From Adineta vaga (Eukaryota > Animalia > Rotifera), in NCBI GenBank assembly GCA_021613535.1, contig CP075495.1, positions 7,688,001 to 7,752,000 on the forward strand: DNA of 64,000 nucleotides, in the 5' to 3' direction. The translations under genes and the position numbers were made by a program. The notes beneath the pieces were generated by a model, which saw nothing but the letters and a program-made list of their open reading frames with translations, was not told the origin of the DNA and ran no database searches. Below are positions 56,823-64,000 of this stretch, piece by piece. Every line of letters begins with the position of its first letter. The first letter of the stretch is position 1.

Positions 56823-58163
56823 TTTATTTTATTACGAAAGAAAAACAAAGTCAATCGATATCTCATTTAACAATATTTTTTCCTGTGAAAATCTTTTGAA
56901 TGTATTATACATCTTTTGTTTTCTCTTAATAAAAATTTCATTGAAAACAAAATTCCTTTGATATTGATGTATTTCCAAAAGAAAAACCCAACATTCCTTT
57001 ATTTAGCTCTCTTTCTGTATAGACAGATATGAATACATGCATTGTTGTTCAAATGTTAAGACATACTTCCGATTTGATGTTTTTGAATGTCAAGTCTTAA
57101 TCGACTTCCATGTTATTTTCTATTGAATTTCGAATAGAAAAGATCAATCATGCTAGAAAAGTTCGAAGAGCACAAAATATTAGATTTAATAATGCATACA
57201 CTTTTACCTAGCTTGATTATAGAATAAACTTATGTCAGGATTTATCTAAGAATTGATTTTTCTTTACACTTCCTGAGCTCAAGTAGAAAACAAAGCAACA
57301 ATAAGACTTTCTATTTGATTTCTCATACAAAATATTTTGTTATTTGTCGTGACTTCATTCATCTTGAGTTAGAAAAGAATACTTCAGAATACAAATATAT
57401 TAAGAATTAGTTTTTATCGTTTATTTTCGATGAGATTTGAACGAAAAAACAAATCTGATATCGAATAAGAACATTAGCAACTTCTAAAGAGATATGAAAA
57501 CGTGATATTTATAGTACTTTTGACATTTGAAAGATAAAAATCATTCAAGGTTCTGTAACGTTGACATAGGGCGCCGTTATAAAACAAGTTCTTATCAGAT
57601 AAACGTCTACTAGTATCATCAAATATCGTTCTTTGTAACAATATTTTTCGCGTTAGTAATTAGTAGGAAGCAAAGTCCGTGCACCTTTCAATCAAATCGT
57701 GCGTCGTTTTTCAAAAGAAAGAGCCGCATATCTGTATTTTATTCTTTTATATTTTTGCTACATTAGCTTTCAATACATATCTTAATCAGTCTTTTATTCT
57801 TCGAGTTTATTCAATCAATTCTATTATATATATGTTTTTTTTCTTTTTCTATTATTGTTTTTCGATCAATCGTTCTTTGACAAGCATATGAGTGACACCT
57901 ATCGAGAAGACATGATAGAAACGATTTTCTTCGGATAAAGTTTGATATTCAACTAAAATCTGTTCATTTCTGATGAAACATTTTTAAACAAACAAATAAT
58001 TGTATAAAAATGAATTTTTTTCTATATAGATCTTGTAATCCCATGAGAGAAATAAATAAATATTTTATTTCTTTGATTGGTTCCACCAAATTATCCATTG
58101 AAATCCATTTGATTGATCATTTATTCATCCTTCTTGAAGTGAAGTTCGTTTGTTTGACATTGT

Positions 58164-60068
58164 ATGAATGATAAGAAAATTTCCGTTCGAAAAAGAAGTC
58201 ATGTCATACTTAATTTTACCTGTAATTGTCATAGATGACACTATCATATTTATTAACATATATTAATCATCGTTTTTCATTCGAAAGAAAACCTTTTCAT
58301 GTTTGTTTTTCGTTTAGACAAGAAGCACGTCAATCCTATGGAAGGACATAAAATAAAAACGAAATCAAAATTTAAAGTTCGTCATCAAAAACATAAATTA
58401 TTTCGTGCAAATGAACCGTTATTATCTGTTCTTATGTGGGGTGTTAATTTTACTGTAAGTTCATCGATGAAAACAACATATTGAATTGAATGATTTATTT
58501 GAAATATTTCTTTAGATTCATCAATTAGACAATGTTAATATTCCAGTTATGCTTTTACCAGAACATTTTAAAGCCAATGTCAAAATTCGTATCGACAATC
58601 AGAATTTCAATAAGTAGGAAAGAGATCATAAGAACTGAATTGAACTTTTGTTTTTTTCTCTCTTCATTGAATTTTTTTAGGGAAGTAATGCCAAGTCATT
58701 TTAAAGTTAAAGAATATTGTCCATTAGTATTCCGTGCTTTTCGCGAATATTGGAAAGTTCATGACAGTAGTTTTCGAGTATGTTTATAGAATATTAATAC
58801 AAAAAAAAACAAGAAAAACAAATCATTTTTTTTTCAGGATTCTTTAACTGAACCACCAATACCTATGAATGAAGCAACAAAATCAAGTCTACCATTATAT
58901 CAATCCTATGATCGTCGTTTTGTTCTTAAATGTATAGCTAAAGAAGATGTTGAACAAATCCATAATATTTTACCAGAATATCATCGAGTAAGTTATAAAT
59001 AAACAAAGATTTACATATGAATTTTTATCTAAGAAAATAATTTCTTTGATTTTGTTTAGTATATTGTCGAAACTCAAGGTGACACATTGCTTCCACATTA
59101 TTATGCCTTATATAGGTTAACAGTTGATGATAAGGAAAATTATATCTTAGTAATGCGAAATGTTCTATCGACGAAATATAAAATCCATTACAAATATGAT
59201 GTTAAAGTATGACAAATTGATAAATTATGATTTTAATTAGAAATTAATTTTTACCATCATAGGGTTCTACTGTAGATCGACGTGCGACAGATAAAGAAAA
59301 ATTAAATCCATGTCCAACATTGAAAGATATCGATTTTGTTGAAGGAAAACGAACAATTGATTTAGGTTTGGAACAAAAGAAAATCTTCATGGAACGACTT
59401 AAACGTGATGTTAAAGTAATTCGAAAAAAAAGAAACAATAGAAATTTCATTAAGAAAAATAACATGAATATTATTTGCTTTATTAGTTTCTTGTTAGTCA
59501 ACATAAAATGGATTATTCTCTATTGATTGGGATTCATGACCTTGACCAAGGTGGTTTAGGTATGATAAACACAAACTCAAGATTGTTTTTATACTTAATT
59601 ACTTGATCGATTTTGTTTTAGAACGAGATCCAACTTCATCAGGTGGTGATATGAATACATCTGATTTATCTGCTAATGAATCATCTGATGATTCAGGTAT
59701 ATAATTTGATTCAATTTCTTTTTTTCATATTAACAAAAGTTTTTTTTTTCGTTTTTATTAGACAGTCTAACACAAATCGGTGAAAATGGATCATTTGATG
59801 AACCATTTATGCTACGAAATTCTGATCGTAAGTGAAATTGATTTTCTTCTCTTAGTTTTTTCTGTATTTTTTCTTTCTAGGATCAACACGTCGTGAACTT
59901 TATAGTCTAGGTTTAATCGATATATTAACATATTATGGTATGAAAAAGAAAAGTGCACATGTTGCTAAAACAAAATTATCTGGTTCAGATGCCGATGGTA
60001 TATCGACTGTTCGACCAGAAATCTATGCACGACGGTTTCTGGATTTTATCGATAAACATTTTATATGA
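58164..60068 (+). CDS. PIP4K2: Phosphatidylinositol-5-phosphate 4-kinase type II (~12 exons; start could be 58164 or 58338)
   Basis: [59 protein letters not shown] and the type-II activation loop [10 protein letters not shown]...[17 protein letters not shown]. Confidence 0.93.
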
Positions 60069-61802
60069 AAATATAAACGTCTCACAGAACGATGTAATAT
60101 TCTCTTCTATATTTTGTTTTTCTCCTTCATGCAATAGTGCGAAATCATCAATAAATTCTGTTGTTTCTTTTTTGTATTCGTACAGTGTTTATTTTGTGTT
60201 TATGTATGCGATTTGTTCCGGTCTGTAAATTGATGGACATTGATGTTTATTTTTGACTTTCTTTCTTCTTGTTTTTTTTTGTCGATTTATTATACAACAA
60301 GAAAAAAGATTGATCGTTTATATTATAAATGTATGCGGTGTAGGTCTAGTCAGTCATACGATTTTGTTTATTTTCTTTCTTCTTTACATGTCTAATATCT
60401 GTTAGTTTGCACGTTATTTTTTATTTCTGTTCGGTATGTATATCTCATTAATATATTTGCTGTTTTATGTATGTATGTATGTATGCACGCATATTATTCT
60501 TTCTATCTATACGATTTAATTGAAAAAGAACAAAACCAGAAGAAAAAAAATTCAAATACATTTATGAATAATTTTTTTGAAATAATCAAGAAATCATTGT
60601 TGAAATATTGCATGTTGAAAACTTATAAATCGATCTAGGAGATATTCGCTTGATTAAGATACACTAAAGCAAAATATTGAAATCTCATGGGAAATTTCCA
60701 AAGTAAATTACTATTTGAGATCGGAAGACTAAATAGAAGATGAAAGAAAGAGAAAAAACGTATTTGATTTTACTATGGTGTTTTGTTTTAGGGATCGAGA
60801 ATTTAATGCATGATATGATGATTTCTTGATAAGATTATTATTTCTATGACGTCGATTTGTTCGAGCGTTATGTGAAAATCCAATATAGGAAATAGGAGAT
60901 TTAAATTGAATATATCTGCAAAAATATTTTATCTGAACATGATTTCTCGGTTGTTATTCGTAGATTTGTTGTTGTTGATATCTAATGAATAGAATTTTAT
61001 TAAGTTTGAAGTAAACGATAATTCTATTGAAAGAAATTACTTTCTAAAAAAGACTAATTCCTTTAATTTAGAATGACGTTTATAATCGCTTCTCATTCAA
61101 TAGAAAGAGAAATGAGAGAATGCGAAGAAAAACTCAAGAAAATGACAATCTAGACTTGTTCTTTGGATTATATGGGTAATGAATCAGATTTCTCATTATT
61201 TATAACAATAAGAAGATGATGATGTATTTAATTTCATTTGAAGAATAATCTGTGATTTTACTAACGTGATAAAATTTCACCCTTCAGATGAAAATATCTA
61301 TGATCGTCCTTGTTATAAGATGATTGATTTATAATCATAGAAAAACTATATTATTTCTCCTATATAAGATTCATCATACTGCAGTCTAACATAACAATTA
61401 CACTAAAATCTTATATAAATCAATGAAATTCTATACAAAACATGGTAAGGAACATGAAATTACAGTTGTATAGCGTGTCATGTCATATTTCAGTTGCTTG
61501 CATAAGTGTAATGAATAGTCATCTATATATATATATATATATGTTTTATGTCATCTTAGGAATGACAGTTATGACGAACTAAAGCTATATCCATTCATTT
61601 TAATTATAATAAATATATCGTTTATGATAACTGTCAATATAAATTTCTTTGCAAAGAAACATATTCTCGCGATATTTAGATTTATAATGAAATCATTATT
61701 CCTATGAACAAATCACAGTGTGTTGGAATGGATTTTCAAATTCTATTTCAAATATGAAATAATAGTGAATCATAATTTAATTCAATTAAATCATTTTTTT
61801 CT

Positions 61803-63507
61803 TCATTCTACAGTTATGCATGATAGATAAATAGATGTATTTGAACCATTTCCATTCGATATAAATTCAACACCGATTTCTTGAACATTATTTAATTCTG
61901 CCGATGAAATTTGACTTAAATTAAGTGTTAAAGTTGTTGCTGAATTACTGTTCAATTGAAATTCGCCAGAATCATACCATTTCCATGCGGAACCTGCTTT
62001 TATATAGAGTTTTGCACTGATCTTTCCATTATTTGAAAACCCCCAAGAAGCAACACGTGCTTGAGCAAGTAATTTCTTTCGTCCATTGAGTTTAAATGTG
62101 GATTTTTGTTGAGTATACAAGATATAACGACCGCCAGCATTTAAATTTATATCTGCTTTCAAACTTTCAGTTGATCTAACAACAAATTCATTGGATTGCC
62201 ATGGACCACCGATAACATTAGTTCCTTTCCACTCACCAATACCATTCGAAAAATTATAAAGAATTGCACTCGATGATGGTGATGCTGTGGCTGTACCAGA
62301 TCCAGTATTACTTTCACCATTTAAACTAATTTTTCCACGATTAATTATTTTTGCATCATTGAAAAAAGCATAAGCATTTTTATTTCGAATTGGTGACCAA
62401 CCATCATTCCAAGCTAGGAAATACGCAACTCGAGGAAAAACTGATTGTATTGCTGATAACCTTGAACAGATTACATCCATTGAAATCCAATATTTGATCA
62501 AAAAATACGACTTACCATCGAGTGTAATCAAATTGACCATTAGTATTTTGTGGACCAACTTCTGCTAATGCAAATGGTTTATTTAAACGTACCATTTCTT
62601 GATAACCTTTCATGGAATTCTAGAAAGGAAGATAGTTTATATTTGAATATGATTTATAAATGAGATAGGCCAATTTTACTTACTGGATCATCGACATAAA
62701 CATCAAGTGCAACAATATCAACATATGCATCACCTGGATAAAATTTCGATGGATTGCTTCGACTTTGATCAGGTGAATAAACCCATAGAATATTATGTAA
62801 ATTTTTAACATTTGTTAAATAATTGAACATATCTTTCCAAACATTCTTGAATGTATCCGGATTCTAAAAGGAAAACATCCCAAAATGATCATTGATGAGT
62901 AAAGAAAATTGATTTCTTTTACCTGATTACACCAATAGAACCAATCTCCATTCATTTCATGTAATGGACGAAATAGAACAGATACACCAGCTCGTTGTAA
63001 ATCATCTAAGCCTTGTGCCATTCTATCGAGAAAGAGACGCCACCGATTTCCAGTCTCAGTAGTAGGCTTAGTTAAATCGGCAAAATTTAAATTCATTCGA
63101 TCTTTATAACCACCTCCATTAGCTGAAACTGGATTTGGTAAATGCATATTTATTGTTACAAGACCACCTTTATTCCAATGATCTTTTAATGCAGGATTAC
63201 ATGTATAATCAATGATATTTTGTGGTGGAGTTTTATAATTCCAACCACAAGCATAATCACAACCAAGTATTGCAGGTACTTGACCAGTTTGTCCAGCAAT
63301 TTCATTGATTTGTTGAGTATTGAATGTGTCAGGACTATAACCGGCAAACTGACCCGATAGAATTTTACCTTGTTTTGGTAAATTTGCTATATAAGCAAGA
63401 ATTTGTTTTGTTTTTCCATTTGCTGCGCCATCGGCAGTTTGCTGTGCAAAACACAAATTAATTGTCGCTAACCCCACGATTTGAATGAAAAACACGGTCC
63501 AATACAT
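61803..63507 (-). CDS. Secreted GH26 endo-beta-1,4-mannanase with C-terminal CBM59-like module, 508 aa (exons 62923-63507, 62684-62863, 62516-62619, 61803-62460)
   Basis: Signal peptide, acid/base motif RPLHEMNGDWFYW, YPGDAYVDIVALD, nucleophile motif KPFALAEVGP and YFLAWNDGWS. After a S/T linker comes LYNFSNGIGEW...GGPW...SLKAD...W...AKLYIKAGSAWKWY...EIGVEF. Three GT-AG introns (59, 64, 55 nt). Confidence 0.92.
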
Positions 63508-64000
63508 TTTTATCAAATTAAATACGGCTTTTCGATTTACTACATGTTGCTTATATAGCAGACAGTCACTTGATTATATCACAATAGTAACAAGGTCAAT
63601 CGATATCATATTCGTTCTTTTTTTTATATATTCATTGAAATCATGCTTATTGGCTTAGTTCTCTGCATGGTTTCACAGCTCGATAGAAGACTCCAGATGC
63701 ACTTGTGTATTATATAAGCATTATATGAAGTATTAAAAGCGTAGGCTTCTGTTTTTAAAATCGATCGCAGGGATTTTCTCATGAATATTTTTAACTGATG
63801 GAAAATAAAGACACAATGCACTTGTTTATATCATATCACAAAAAAACAACAACATATGAAATAGTTGCTGAAGAACTTCATTTTAAAGAAGAGTCAGAAG
63901 TCTTAGAAATACTGGTCGGACTTTTTTTTTAGACAAAAACAAACAAAGAAATTTATATTCAAGTTTTCTGTATAGTAAAGAAAAAAAGGCAAATTTTATT

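Overview
AT-rich eukaryotic genomic DNA with many short (~46-65 nt) GT-AG introns and compact gene spacing, including one bacterial-type gene that carries introns. This combination suggests a bdelloid rotifer (inference; not provable from the window). By hand-splicing I reconstruct 18 protein-coding genes, in order: an unknown type-I membrane protein missing from the ORF track, Tribbles pseudokinase, eRF1, a ~620-aa protein ending in a BAF (barrier-to-autointegration factor) domain, an intronless type-II transmembrane trypsin-like protease, a single-pass membrane protein convergent with KCNQ1, KCNQ1, a claudin/PMP22-like protein, a divergent SNARE-like protein, NeuroD, an ENPP phosphodiesterase, a DNALI1/p28-like dynein chain, an NK2.2/vnd homeobox gene, an unknown gene with an internal frameshift, a class A GPCR, an unknown low-complexity gene, Ovo and PIP4K. 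There is also a possible small HSBP1-like ORF and a GH26 mannanase with a CBM59-like module that looks horizontally acquired. I found no tRNA, rRNA, CRISPR array or recognisable transposon. The most notable items are the long BAF-domain fusion, the intron-containing Bacillus-like mannanase, the KCNE-like topology next to KCNQ1, a dense bZIP-site cluster upstream of tribbles, and two isolated frameshifts.
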